Both the position numbers and the translations under genes were made by a program. Below the pieces are notes generated by a model. It worked only from the letters and a program-made list of their open reading frames with translations. It did not search any database and was not told where the DNA came from. 64,000 nt of DNA. Source: Eledone cirrhosa. Taxonomy: Eukaryota. Where the stretch lies: positions 185,504,001-185,568,000 of the forward strand of contig OZ024740.1 in the NCBI GenBank assembly GCA_964016885.1, read 5' to 3'. Below are positions 49,700-64,000 of the stretch, in pieces; positions within the stretch are counted from its first letter, which is position 1; every line of letters begins with the position of its first letter.

Positions 49700-51330
49700 A
49701 GAAACGGACGCCTGAGGTTCCAAGATGAACGATACAAAGAGCAAGTGGCCGGACAAGCCACCGAATTTGATTGTCATTTTATCGTCTGCATTGTAGCCCG
49801 AGGTACCGGGTATGTTTGCCGAAGCGACTAATTTGGTGGTGGTGAACGTGTCACAACATGTCGTTTTCCAGATGAGGGATTGCCATCCTTTGACTGTGAA
49901 GAGGGTAATATCGTCGCGGTGCTTGCTGTATCTGCGGTCAAAGCCTGCTGGCTACAGTTTTGATGGGAAGTAAGCTACATCTAAGCTCCTTCTCAATATG
50001 TTGTTGAGTGCGACAGGTCAGGGAAACCGGTCTACACTCTGGCGGTAGGTCAATGGGTACAGGCTAAACTTAATGACAGCCCACAGCGGCATTTATGTGA
50101 CTCACAGACGAGGAGGCCAAAGCGTTGGACCAAACTAATACGGCTGCCTCATCATAAAGAAAGGATACTGGTTGATGAATAGGACATCTAATTGAACCAA
50201 ACACCGCTGTTTGGCTGCGAAGCTGATCAGAGGCAAGCGAGGTTGTATTGATCGAAGCCAGATTCGATCTGCCTGAAGGAAGACCTGCACTTGATGTCGT
50301 CCAATTTATATTAGGTATTTGTGTGCTGAAGGACAGAGAGGCCTTCGGCTGTCCAGTCGGTCAGAACCTGCTCCAGTTCTGGGGTCACGTCAAGTTCAGA
50401 TGCATTGCTGCGGAAAGCGCTGATGAGGGTGCGACAAGAGGAGATTGAGGAGAGGTAGGCCGGCAGTGCCATATAATGAATGGATCGGGTGTCCAGGGCA
50501 TTGAACGTCACTGGACGCTTCACCTATTGCCAGCCGACACTGTCGAAGCTAACATTACAGCGGTGGAAAATAAGGGGGCCGAATGTGTCTCCTTGCTGGA
50601 CACCCGTTGCAGAAGTAAGCTTGGAGTCAGCGGCCAGGAGTATGCAGGGCATTCTGTAACAGAAGTGAGAAAGAGAGCAAATTGCGTGAACTCGTTTGAG
50701 ATACATCTTTAATACTTGTGGGAACTTCACAAGGAGGTGTGGGAAAGAAGGAGTCGTGCCTGCTATAAAGAGTTTGGCCACATGAGTTGCCACCACACAC
50801 CTACATTTGACTCCCGCCCCGAAAAGGGATTAGCGCCACACTCAGCTTGCATGTCAGTAAAAGTGCTTTTCGTCGAAGTATGTTGTCACTGCGATGAGAC
50901 GGACGCCTTCGTCAGTGTTTATCAGAGCTGTCCGACTGGCTGAGAAGAAAAGGTCGGAACCATGGCAGGGAAGGTGGTGCGGAGAAGACAGCTGGTGATT
51001 TCTGTGATCAACTGTAGCAATTGTACTCTTGCATATACAGCGTAAGGCGAGATAAATACATTGAAGTGAACGGGGCGTAGGGCGTCCACCTAGCCACTGC
51101 AGCTCTTTGGGAGTGATCAGAGGTCAGCTACAGCATCCTCACTTGAAGCGACCAAGGAAAGATTATTGGCTGGGAATTGGGCATCTATGGTTTCGAAAGG
51201 GAGTTCGAAAGGGAGTTTTTTATGACATCCGGCGTGGGCATGAGTAGATTGTTGCTCGAGTCCAGCAAGCGTATTGAAGCAGAAACTTCCCCCTCATTTA
51301 TTTTGAGGTAGATTCTGACCCGGAAACACT
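49700..51330 (-). mobile_element. Highly decayed CRE-clade (RLE) non-LTR retrotransposon
   Basis: Minus-strand remnants SATGVQQGDTFGPLIF, DALRPVHF, GFDRRYSKHRDDITLF..GWQSLIWKTTCCDTF resemble CRE RT and RLE motifs. Confidence 0.7.
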
Positions 51331-52240
51331 TTTACGGATTGCGTGCGCTGAGTGGACACTGCTTTCCAGCACGTGAGGGCCGAGAGACTCGCAGGTGTAG
51401 ATCGCAGAAGCAAGTGATATTGATATTGAGCTTCAAAGTCATTGCCGATTACTCCCAGACCGCAGGGTTCCCTACCATCGGATTCTGAGTGCGAGCATAT
51501 TAAAGCTGAACAGTCTAGCACAGACTTGCCAGGATATTCATAGATTAAACTTTCAATATATTAACGTATCATCCGTGCAATGACCTTTCCTAGTTTAATA
51601 CCATGAGACTGATATCGATTGCAATGATTCAGTACCTGATATCTATATTTTCCAAGATCAACTCTTATGATGTTAGTTCACATGAAAGCAACTATATTTC
51701 AGAAATAAAGGAGCTTTATTTTTATATAATTTAAGATATTTTAATATGGTGCTGTGAAAGTCTGTATGTCATCTTCTGCAAGTAATCTAAGTATTGAAGA
51801 TAAAGAACTATTTCAATGTCTACCTGCAGGCACAAATCTATAATAGAGAACCCTCCTGATATGTTGTATTAGATTAGATTACTTATCCCTGAAGCTCTTT
51901 CATTGATAAAGTAGTTATTCTGGCACGCTAAATGTAACTTTAGATCACAGCTTGCAAAATTTAGTTTTCAGAACGTTTTTGTTGGTGTGGTTTCTCAACA
52001 GATAACGTGGTTTATTTTGATTGCATTAATGCATTACCATACTATGCTACCGAATATCATACAGAATGAGGTGAGCTCCTGGAGAGAAAAGATAAGACTG
52101 TGATGCATTTTGCTTCACAGTTGTTGCAAGTTCATATCTATTTCGCGCCTAATATCTTCAATAAAAGTATAAATGTAAAAAAGTTTCTGAAATATATAAT
52201 ACTACACACACACACACGCATACACACACACGCGCACACG

Positions 52241-52275
<35 letters not shown>

Positions 52276-52276
<1 letters not shown>

Positions 52277-55200
52277 CAATATATTAATAAATGGAAACTA
52301 TATTTATAAAACCATATTTATTTTATTATACATATTTCAAGGACAACCAAGGCAAATTATGGTGCGCTTTCATCACATAAAATACAGATTTGTTTTATAA
52401 ATAAATATTGACATACCCGGAAAGAAAGACACCCTTTACGGTTGGAGCTTCATGGATAGTGGAGATAGTACATTTATTGAGGGTGATACAAAATAATAGT
52501 GAGCATGCAAATGAGTGTCCGAAAGGTTGAAAAGATAACGGTTTATTTAAATTAAACTGTTGGAAGAAGATGATATGTAAGGGAGAGAGAAAAAAAGAAA
52601 AAAAGAAAAAAGAGAAAGGAGAAAGATAGAAGAGGAAAGAAAGAACGATTATATATATATTGATAGTGCAAATAGAGTGCATGAAGAGATGAGTTTCAAA
52701 GGATAAATATACACAGCGTAAGTATATCTAAGTGAGAGAAGAAATGAGATTAACGTGGAAGAATAATATTTATAATGCAGGATTCATTACGTTTTGATTA
52801 TAATACTTATACTGATAGGTTGAAAAATTAGATTAAAGTTAAATTAAAAATTAGAAATCAAAATTAAAGATTAAAATTTACCTTAATATTAAAGATTTAA
52901 TTTAATAATTTAATATTAATAATTAGTTTAAATGTGTATGTTAAGGATTATAAATTATTTAAATAAATATATAGTATTTTACATTAGAGCAAATCTAGTA
53001 TAGTTTATTTTATTAAAGTTGTAAGTCAAAATTTAAACATCCACATAATTCTAAATTTATGAAAGATTTACGAGTGTTTACAAAGGAATGACCACTTAGT
53101 TATATTATAAAAACAGTAAGAAAGTGCAAAGGAAGTTAGTAGTGATTTTTTATTTTTTTTATTTTTTAAGAACTCAGATGACTCTAAGGATTAAATGTTA
53201 TGAAGTTAAAACATTTAACATTTTTTAGCTTAAGAATATAATTAAAACATGAACCATATGTTATTTTATACGAAGTCATAAATTTACTTGCTATAAAGTT
53301 AACACATTTAAAGAAATTTATGTTAAGAGTATATTTAAAGCATAAACCATAGGTTATTCCACATATATATAAAAAAGCTATATATAAAAATCATATGTTT
53401 TTCCACATATATATAAACATTTGGATATATATATTAAAAACGTTTGAAGATATAAAAATATAAAAATATAAAAATATAAAAATATAAAAATATTGGAAGG
53501 TATGAAAATAATGTTTTTTCTATATCTTTCAAAGGAATTTTCAAAAGATTTTTCTTAAAACCTTCCGTAAGTTTTTCCAGAAAAAAATCTTTCTTAAAGC
53601 AGTCATATAAAAACATTTTATAATCAATCGATAAGTGTAATAATATAAAGTATATAGTATATATATATATGTGAAGTAGAGATAATAGAAAGTAAATTAA
53701 ATATATGAATCATATATAGATATAGAAGACATTATGTAAAAGAGATAAATTATATATTACATTTTATATATATATTTAAAAGTTGAGTTTAAACGATGTT
53801 TGCATGAACTGAATCAATTATTTCGCAAATTAATAGAATTCTTACTTTTTAGTATAAATAATATTTCTTCAACGCAAAGAGAGCAATTTTGAGATAAAGC
53901 AGTGTATGAAGGAGCTTTGGTAATAATTTTCCAAAGTAAAGAATAGTTAATATTCTTGGATTTCAAGTCCCATAATAAGTTAGATAGGGGAGTTGAAGAT
54001 TTTTTACCAAAATTCGTAAAGGAACATTTATGGTTATTAAAACGAGATTTGAAGTCTGTGGAAGTAGAACCGACATAGTTAAAGGAGTTTTCATTTGTTT
54101 TGACATTACAATTATATACTATATTTTTAACTAGACAATTATTATTTAGAAGACAGTTAGATTTATTTCTACAATTACATTTATCTAAATTTATATTAAT
54201 GGGAGCCGTAACATTATATTGGATATTGCTAGGGGTATTAATGCTATTCTGGTTACGTTTTAACTTTCTATTATTAATTCTATTAATATTCTGCGCTACA
54301 TTCATAGTGGTGGAATATGAGAGTTTAATAGTATGTCTATTAAAGATTGAGTAATGCCTGTGTGTCTTAGGAAAGCACCTATCTAGAACTTTAAAGAATA
54401 ATTTAGCAATAGGAGTGTTAATACTTAATGAGAAAGGGGGAGCGAACCATAATATATTTCTAGTTCTATTTCTTCTCTTGCTTTTCGAGTTAGTGTAAGT
54501 TTTTCTATGATAATTATATTTATAGTTATGGTTAATTGGCACATCTAATGTAAAATACTATATATTTATTTAAATAATGTATAATCCTTAACATACACGA
54601 TTAAACTAATTATTACTATTAAATTATTAAATTAAATATTTAATATTAAGGTAAATTTTAATCTTTAATTTTGATTTCTAATTTTTAATTTTAATTTAAT
54701 TTTAATCTAATTTTTCAACCTATCAGTATAAGTATTATAATCAATACGTAATTAATCCTGCATTATAAATATTATTCTTCCACGTTAATCTCCTTTCTTC
54801 TCTCACTTAGATATACTTACGCTGTTACTATTTATCCTTTGAAACTCATCTCTTCATGCACTCTATTTTCACTATCAATATATATAATCGTTCTTTCTTT
54901 CCTCTTCTATCTTTCTCCTTTCTCTTTTTATTTTTTTATTTTTTTCTCTCTCCCTTACATATCATCTTCTTCTAACAGTTTAATTTAAATAAACCGTTAT
55001 CTTTTCAACCTTTCGGACACTCATTTGCATAACTCACTCATAATTTTGTATCAGCCTCAATAAATGTACTATCTCCACTATCCATGAAGCTCCAACCGTT
55101 AAGGTTTTCTTTTTTTCCGGGTATGTCAATATTTATTTATGAAACAAATCTGTATTTTATGTGATGTAAGCGCACCATAATTTGCCTTGGTTGCCCTTGG

Positions 55201-55349
55201 AATATGTATAATAAAATAAATATGGTTTTATAAATATAGGTCCCATTTATTAATATATTGTGTATTTACTCCACATAACTGTTGAGTGCTTTATAGCAGT
55301 TATAACATTTTTTTAGCTTATTGAATCCCAACAAATTAAATATAACGTC

Positions 55350-55352
<3 letters not shown>
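52276..55352 (-). mobile_element. 5'-truncated Naiad-type Penelope-like element with about 710-bp inverted termini (52276-52988 and 54545-55262)
   Basis: A GIY-YIG ORF lies between long inverted arms. Degenerate hammerheads near 52319-52385 and 55153-55218. Microsatellites flank both ends. Confidence 0.88.
53814..54542 (-). pseudogene. Naiad PLE linker + GIY-YIG endonuclease region (no RT)
   Basis: RNILWFAPPFS, IFNRHTIKLSYS, CNCRNKSNCLLNNNC, IVY..YVGST..FKSRFNNH, CSLCVEE. A premature TGA precedes FSSCKHR. Confidence 0.85.
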
Positions 55353-55416
<64 letters not shown>

Positions 55417-55565
55417 ATATATATATATATATTTATATATTCTATATATTTGTATATACACAATGTTAGAAACCGAGACGGCACCCATCAATATCTAAAT
55501 ATACACAACTTTTTTAGACATGTAATCATGCCAGAAATATGAATTTCCCGCATTTCTAAGCACGC

Positions 55566-55703
55566 ATACATACATACATACAAATATACATACATACATA
55601 CATACATACATACATACATACATACATACATACATACATACATACATACATACATACATACATACATACATGCATGTATATATATAATACATGTATACAT
55701 ACA
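55566..55703. repeat. (TACA)n microsatellite
   Basis: Tetranucleotide array. Confidence 0.95.
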
Positions 55704-56054
55704 TATTACATTGAGCAGAAGTAGGGCTATATGAAGTCACAATAAACGGGAACGAGTGAGGAACAAGGTGTTGTCGATTAATTTCCCTTGCATTTGCCGG
55801 GGTTTGGTGTGTGAAGTTGGTTACATCCACATAAAATGCACAGCAAAAGGCCCTAAGATCTTTTTTTACACATCCCGTATATCATTCAATATACATTACG
55901 TACATATATATGCCAATAACGCTAAGTTGGATAACCAATACAATGTTTTAATTTCAAACTGCCCAGCTAATTCACCATAGGAAAATGATCTTCGTCAGCT
56001 GATATACATAAGCAAACATCTCTGAAATTCTACTTTATTTAAATTCAGCAGATT

Positions 56055-57358
56055 TAGGTGGATATACAGCCTTCACGAACGCCAATGAGTCAGAAACACC
56101 ACGCTCTCGATTACTTCCCTTTGCATTTACTTGGATTAGGTGTCATATCCTGCATCTCCAACAGACCAGTGTCTGTCCTTAGGGCATCAACATATGTTAA
56201 CCTTGGTCTTCCTCTTCTAGTGTGTCAATGTAGGGGCTCCCAAAGGAGCACTGAGTGCAATGTCAACTCTGGATGTCGGTGAGCATGTCCAGCCAACCTC
56301 AGTCTCCTCTGTGTCACTTTTGAGCTGACTTTTGGGATGCTCCCATACAGCTCTGAGTTTTTCATCCTCAGTGTATACTGATTAATGTTCAGAGCCATCC
56401 TCAGCATTCTCGTGTAGCACCCATCCACCATCTGAGTGAGTCTCTTGGTCAGTGTCCAAGTCTCAGACCCATACAGCAGCACAGACTCCACTACAGCAAT
56501 GAAGAGGCGGATTTTCAGGTCTCCACGAAGGTCCGACTTCCACACCGATCTCAAGCTGTGACACGCCGCCCAGGCCTTGCTCTTCCTCTCAACCACATCA
56601 TCTTCCGTATTCCCAATCTTTGCTCCCAAATACAGGAAGTCCTCAACCAATTCCAGCGGCTTCCCGCCTACATTAGTGATCCCCTCTGGCTTCTCAACAT
56701 TCTCTACCAGATATTTTGTTTTAGTCTCATTCATTCTCATCCCCACACTCATCGACACAGTCTCAACCTCCCGCATCAAATCCTCTGCCTCCTTCACTGT
56801 ATTTGTCACCAAAACTATGTCGTCGGCAAATTCAGCATCCGATACCTTTTTCGCCCCAACTCTCCTGCTCTGAGCCGGTGCTACAGTAAAGCCAGTGTCC
56901 TGGTGTTTCTCCAGTGCAAAGCGCATACAATAGTACACTACGATGATAAAAAGGTAGGGAGCCAATGTATCTCCCTGGAGCACTCCAGCCAGTATCTCAA
57001 AGAACTCTGTCATCCCATCAGGTGCAATGACTTGGGCTTTGGTGTTGGTGTAGAGCAGTGATATCAGGTCCACTATCCTCTTGGGGATTCCATAAGCCTG
57101 TAAGATCTTCATCAGGCAGTAACGGTCCACAGAATCAAAGGCCTTCCTAAAGTCAATGAAAACCATGACCGCAGGAAGGCACTTTGCTCTAGCTCCCTCT
57201 AATATCCTCCTCAGCATCAGGATATGTCTGGTGGTTGATCTACCCTCTCTGAGGCGATCTGGTTGTCCCTGAACTTCTTCTCCATCTCAGGCTGGATCCT
57301 GTTAAGAATCATCCTGTTGAGGGTCTTTGCCACAAGTGACGTCAGTGAGATCCCCCGG
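56055..57358 (-). mobile_element. 5'-truncated RTE-like LINE
   Basis: YRGISLTS, FIDFRKAFDSV, GVLQGDTLAP, FADD, LLYGSETW, RLRLAGH, LLWEP..RGRP. Confidence 0.85.
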
Positions 57359-57429
57359 TATATATATGAATATATATATATATATGTGTATGTGTGTGTG
57401 TATGTGTGTGTATGTGTGTGTGTGTGTGT

Positions 57430-57526
<97 letters not shown>

Positions 57527-57543
57527 ATTGTGTTGTGTGTGTG
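57359..57543. repeat. (TA)n(TG)n microsatellite
   Basis: Dinucleotide array. Confidence 0.95.
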
Positions 57544-57905
57544 TTTTCTGTACAAGATGCTAACCTCTAATATAGTCCACAATAGAGTTCAAGTCTCGAC
57601 AGAGACCCTTTCTCCATTGTGATATGACAGATCCACTAAGTGTGCATCAGTTCATACCCACCATTAGATTAATGTTCTATATGTCATTGGGCATAGGAAT
57701 GAAAATATGCAAGAGCAGTCGTTGAATGCAACTAACGTTTTTCAAGCGTTAGAATATGTAATTTTATTCTGACGCCCTTATTTTCCTGCTGAATTCAAGG
57801 CTAATGTACGGATTCTTCTCTCCCGTTAAATTATCATTTTTGCCAACTAAGATTCTAAAATAATAATAATAATAATAATAATAATATTAATAATAATAAT
57901 AATAA

Positions 57906-58737
57906 AAGAGCAGCCTTCATGAAAAATCACTTCATAGTACCTTCTTTGAGAAAACTGAATTCAGAGATCCACAGACATGGAACTGGTTGAAAAGAGGAGC
58001 CCTTAAAAAGGCTTCATAAGGAATGTTAATGGCTGCGCAAGAGCAGGCCCTCAAAACGAAGTGGCTGAAACACCATATTTACAAGGAGGAGGCTAGCCCA
58101 CTGTGCATGATCTGTGGAGAGAGAGAGGAGACTGTGGCTCACATTGTATCCGAGTGTAAACACCTAGCCCAGACACACTATAAGAGCTGGAGACATGATG
58201 TGATGGGCAAGGTGATCCACTGGCACCTATGCAAAGTAAACAATTTACCACATTCTGAGAAGTGGTATGAGCATAAGCCCGAGTCGGTAATAGAAGACGA
58301 TCAGGTGAAGGTGCTGTGGGATTTTAGGATACAGACAGACAAGAAACTGGAACACAATAGACCTGACCTGGTGGTTTTGGACAAAGACAAAATATCGTGC
58401 CTGATTGTGGGTGTGGCCTGCCCATTCGACACAAGGGTGCAAGAGAAGGAGAAGGAGAAAATTAACCGATACCAGGACTTAAAGTGGGAGGTAAAAAGGA
58501 TTTGGAACTGCCAAAGATTGTCATAGGCGCACTAGGTACTATTTCAAAAAGCTTCCAGGGATGGTTAACGAAAATTGGCCCCGCCACGCTTTTTGGAACG
58601 CATCAAAAGGTATGCTTGCTGGGAACAGCAAGAACCCTCCGATACGTTCTGAATATCTGAGGCTGCAGGTAGTGGCGTGATATTCATTTGAACAAACTTT
58701 CCAGTTAACTAACATCAATGACTGAGACTCAAAGAAC
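57906..58737 (+). mobile_element. Family B R4/Dong-like 3' fragment (B3), flanked by (AAT)n
   Basis: Matches about 36835-37680. (AAT)n at 57859-57904 and 58738-58764. Confidence 0.92.
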
Positions 58738-61700
58738 AATAATAATAATAACAATAATAATAATACACTAAACTTTCATACATTTGCAGAATTTGTAGAA
58801 CAGTTGTGAACATAGTTTTGGTTGATTATTTGCTTTGGTTTTCCATTGGAGAAAATGGTGGCTTGTGCGTATTTACAGCTCATTTTCGTACGCTTTCGAA
58901 TTATTCGTAGATCCACTTTACCTCAAAACGTCGAAAACAGATTATCATTAAGACACTGAAGTCAATATCATAATCTATACCACGTCCTCTAAATATCTGG
59001 CTCTGCAGTAAATATAGTTGTAAATTACCAGTATGTATACCACCAAATCTACAAAATATTGTTGAAACGATAGCTCACAGATTACCAGAAAAATAACCAT
59101 TATCTTCAAAATGGAATTTTCTTTCTTAAATATAAAGACGTTTATCTAAAGATAAGAATTTTAACACTGCCAGCTTTACAAAATTTATCAAAACTCATTA
59201 TAATGACAAAATGAATCAAGTCTTCCTTCAATCTCAAATCTTTTCCTATTCACATAAGAAAAGGCGAATAAAACTTCTTGCATTGATAATATCGCATTTA
59301 ATTTGATTCAAAGACATTTTACGTTAAAGCTTAATATATTGAAATCATTTCGAAAAAATGAGTTTTAATGTAAGAATACAGAACGTGATAATCTATAGTA
59401 CATATTTAGATAATGGAATACTCCCGGAAAAACAATCTACTGTTTCAAATACTCTCAAGATGAATGAATATCTGTTTCAGTGAGTGTCACTCGTTGTTCT
59501 TAATCGTAAAGTGGTGCAACCGATATTATGTAATTTAGAACCCTCCTCCTTTTTGTCCCTTCAATATTCTAACGTGGACGTAATTGTGTGTTCTGAATTT
59601 TAGATACAATGTTTCACATTTTAAGAATATGTAAATTTAATTTAAATATTTCTCTCAACAGATGTTCACTGAAATGAATGCGGTTTGCTTGGTAAAGATA
59701 GCCAACTAATGTTCTGCAGTGGAATTATTCTACCATGAACTTTAACAGAAAGGTAGCCCAAGGAGAATAATAAATTTAACTGAACTCAAAATGTATACAT
59801 TGGAGTGAATATTGAATAATGTTATTTACTCCGCAAAAGAGATAATTCGAATAAGTTTGTTTACTGAATGGAATATAATAGGAAATAGGGAATGAAATAA
59901 GTAGTATGCTAATTATTATAACTAGTATTTCCTTAAAGTTTTACAGTTTCTAAACATATTAATGGCATATATGTGCCCTAATGGATCAATTTTAATAAAG
60001 AAAGATTTTAGATTTTATTTTATCCAAATCTTGCTGGATATTGCCAGGCAATGTCTTCGTGATATGATGACAAGTAAGTAGACAATTAATATAATTTCAT
60101 GAGATGAGGTATCTCACACGTATATTTTCCGGAAATATATGCTTTTCGGGCATTAGCGAGATATGCAATAGGGTTTAGTATTAAAACATCAGTATCATAA
60201 ATATAATTAAATCTCAGGATAGATATGAACGAAAATTATTTAAATGTTATTTTATTAGTTTTGGCATTACTGAATTAGAGTATTACGTTGAGATGTATTT
60301 ATTTCCTTTTGAGAGAAATATAAATGGGTTGTTGTAAAGGTTGTACATATATCATGCCCCTACTAGTGAATATTCTTCATTCTTGAAGCTAAACCATTTT
60401 AAGAGTTTGCCTTATTAGAATGCATTATTGTTTTCGTTCTGGCTCCATCTGTTCAAATACTGCCTAGATTTATTTTTGCCTTTCATTTTGTCGAGGTCGA
60501 TAAAATACTTGTACTTGGGTCGATTCGTTTCTCCCTTTATTTTTATTTTTCACTATCTCTCTCTGGGAGAAATTTACTGTCGTTGTTTTGCCATGCAGAA
60601 AGGCATGATCTGCCGGGATATGAAGGCCCAGGCAAGGACTGATAAACAAACGCTGAAACCTTTAACTGCTCAGGTTAATTTGTTGAAGGTCAGGCAGTCA
60701 CGTAACATTCAAATAATGACTTAGTATTTTATTAACGTCACATTGAATACTCTAGTTCAGAAGAAACTGTAGAAAAAAAGGAAAATCATATAATGGATAT
60801 TGTTCGATTTACTTGAAACATTTGTCTGCTTTATCAGGCCTTACCTGGTAGCAACCAACATCAGCAGCATTTTCATCAAGAATATTTACCTCTCTATAAA
60901 GATATCATTTTGTCCATTTCGTAAAGTTACTGGAAATAATGTAGTTGCATCTATTATTTGCCCATAAACGGATCCCAACCTTCAATTGATTTCACTGATT
61001 AGAAAGGTTTCATATGCTTTAATAGTTAAATTTGAAAGGATTCTTGAAACGTACATTTTAACATAATAAAATGTTCATGTGATATAAACGCAATTATAGT
61101 TAGTCAAAACGCATCACTTAATTAGTAATGTTGTTTTCAACACGTATAAAGATACATAATAGATAGTGTAATTGCTATGGTAGATCCATGAGGCACCTCT
61201 CCTTAAGCAGCTCTATGTATTTTATTGACTGAAGACATAATTATTGAATTTATTTGACATTCCTGCTTAGTGTAAATAAATTTCATTTATGTAGGATTAT
61301 ACATTGAAACGAATGCGCAACTGATTATTACTAATCACGTTTTAAAACAAATGTAATTAAGATGTCATATATAGCAGCCAGCATTCCAGAACGACTTGCC
61401 ATCACTTCGTAACGCGTCATACTCTTATCTTTGAACGAATATTTTACAGTCATCACTTTCGGTTATCTCTGCTTCCTCTACATTGTTTTAATTCTGTTTT
61501 GTTATCTACAAATATCCACTTTAGTTCAGGCTGTTTATCATTAAAGCTGATCATAGTGTGCTTAACGTTCACGTAAGTGGGTAATAGAACTTTAAAAAAT
61601 CCATTTGCTTCGAAATTTAACGCTTATCATTACAATAAATGTTCTGGGGCATAAAAAAATAATAGATAGAAAATGTAAAAGCATATGTAATTGGGAGGAG

Positions 61701-62284
61701 ATGACTTCAATACAGAAATAATATCCGATAATTTTATTTTCATGCCGACTCCAATAGTGTAATGCTAGTAGTCCATGATTCTATGAATTGGTTTACAAAT
61801 GGAATCGGATATTGAACTTCTCACGTTAATTCCGGTTTCCCGACAGACTATCGATTGATTTTATCGCTGACTGCCAAATACAACGGGCGTGAGTTCTTTA
61901 ATGGTAGCATAAAATATATTAAGTGGGGAGATACGAAAGAAGAATAACAATTTTATATTTTAGAATACTGGAGAGTCTATTCAGAGGAAAAAGGATATCC
62001 ATTGAAAATTTAGATATATGCAAGTATTTTTAGCTTTTGAGAGCCGTGACATATGTGGAAATATCATGTAATATATTCATATATCATATAACGTAAATGT
62101 TTTTTCGCGTAATATTTTAATATTTATGAATGCACATCGAGAGAAGAGTATGTAAAAGTAAGTGTTCCTATTCATTTCAATGTGTTGTATAGTAATAGAT
62201 ACATGAATTACTAAATCTACCACCACTACCTATTTCTGTAACAAATTTGCTACTTTTTTTACAATAAGTATCTAGTACTATTAT

Positions 62285-62365
62285 AATTGTTTCTACTTTT
62301 TCGCACAATGCCAGCAATTACCCAGCGCATTACTGGTACTTTATTTTATCGACGCCGTAAGGCAA
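62285..62365 (-). mobile_element. SINE 3' fragment
   Basis: AATTGTTTCTACTTTTTCGCACAATGCCAGCAATTACCCAGCGCATTACTGGTACTTTATTTTATCGAC. Confidence 0.8.
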
Positions 62366-62753
62366 ATTAACAAATTTGACACATAGGCTCAAAATATGTA
62401 TTCATTGATCAGTTTGAATTACGTTGGAGCGCTGTATGTTTTACGTCACTGTATTAACTTTTTTAAAACATTGGTGTGCGAAAACCATAAAAGACTTTTA
62501 AAAGCATGTTCAAATTAAGCCATTTTTAAATCTTAAAATATTTCCCTACAGACCATATATTTTCGATGATTGTTTTCTACTGAATTTTGGGGGAACATTT
62601 CATATCTTCATAAAATATCCACTTGCAGAAATACACAATAATGGAATTTTAAAAATGCATTTAATATCTCATCGTATGTTAACGACATGTGATTGATAAT
62701 TTATAAAAGGTTTGTGTATATATAATTACACACACACACACACACGGACACGG

Positions 62754-62826
<73 letters not shown>

Positions 62827-64000
62827 ATAACGATCTATTTTATGATATTGTGATTTGTAATTCCAATCAGTATCAGATAAATTATACAGGAAACAAGATT
62901 GTATGAAAAATCTTATTTCTTATCATTTCCACGTTTTCCTATATCGAATATAAATCCGTCATATCCTGAAAAAAAAACAATGATTTCTCATAAGCAGATC
63001 TATTTTTAATATAGTTACGTTTGTTGATATGCAACGAAAATGTTCGTTCAAATATTTTCTTTAAAATCCATTTTTATATATTATAGCATAGCTCGAAGGT
63101 TATGAAATCCTGGCAGATAAACTGCATATGGTTTTTAATGAATCGTTTTACATTTGAGAGGGTAGAAAGGTGAGTCGATAAATTTTCTCACGGCAGCCAT
63201 AATCTACTAACATTGAAATATCGACTATTTGGTCTTCTTAGAATACTGTTTTTATACATTACCAATGAAGAAGGCATACAATGAATTTACATTGCTGTCA
63301 TGTAGATACTATTCTATGGGATATTTCGAGTAGAATCTGGAGAGAATTTATACTGATAATCAATCATTCTCAAAGCAATTTTTAACGAAATCCTCTCCAA
63401 CTATTACGAGTTCTCACACACTTTGGATATAAACTTGTTGTTCCTCGGAAAAGACTTTTGACAAATGCTAACACATGATATGTGTCCCATAATCTAAGTT
63501 TATAGAAATAATTAATATTGTTAAAATTAAGGTTACAAGTTCGTAGAATTGGTGGGAATATACATAAAGCGAAGGTGAATTGTATAATATTTAAAACTGT
63601 ACGTTTTACATGTGGGTTATAAAAGGAATAGAATGACTGCGCTAGCTATTTACTGGCATCTCTTTCCGATTCGATTTCGAATCACGACATTGTCAAAGGT
63701 GTCTTTAGTTTTCTTCAGTTTAGTTTTCTGGAGTTTCATGAAATACTGACGTCAACATTTGAGGCAGTGGCCCGATTTTAGAAATCAATATCTATTTACG
63801 TCATGATTTCGAATCCATCCCTGTTCATCATTGATGTAACGCCTGTGGAGTTAAATATAAGGCATCACTAAACTATATTCTGTATCGAAACCAGCACTAT
63901 GGCAGTTTCATATTTGTACTGACTGAATTACGTAAAAGAATAAATACTTTCTTTATAAACGCTTTTCAAGAGCCAAATAGTAATGGGAATATACGTTTCC

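Noticed and set aside
53814-53816. In-frame TGA in a Naiad ORF as possible selenocysteine
   Set aside because: It aligns to a hydrophobic position (NxRNE-L-xSxCxH), not a conserved Cys; the conserved Cys codons are normal, and I could not identify a SECIS.

Overview
AT-rich, repeat-saturated eukaryotic DNA. The SINE family and microsatellite style suggest an octopus/cephalopod genome (inference). No host gene can be supported. The window holds: (i) two R4/Dong-like RLE LINE families (A and B; one intact 1130-aa ORF) on the + strand, ending in (AAT)n; (ii) Tx1-like APE LINEs (one intact two-ORF copy, one decayed copy, three 3' fragments), mostly inserted in (AAT)n in the opposite orientation; (iii) a tRNA-derived SINE; (iv) Naiad-type Penelope-like (GIY-YIG) remnants with hammerhead ribozyme motifs and inverted terminal duplications; (v) RTE-like and CRE-like remnants; (vi) long (TA)n-type microsatellites. 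Best leads: a 53-nt GT-AG intron candidate, present in both long Tx1 copies, that would fuse ORF1 to ORF2 in frame; sharply divergent ORF1s on near-identical ORF2s; (TTA)n targeting by Tx1; a SINE 3' tail resembling the Tx1 3' end; and a cluster of five different hammerhead types. All alignments were done by eye and boundaries of decayed elements are approximate.
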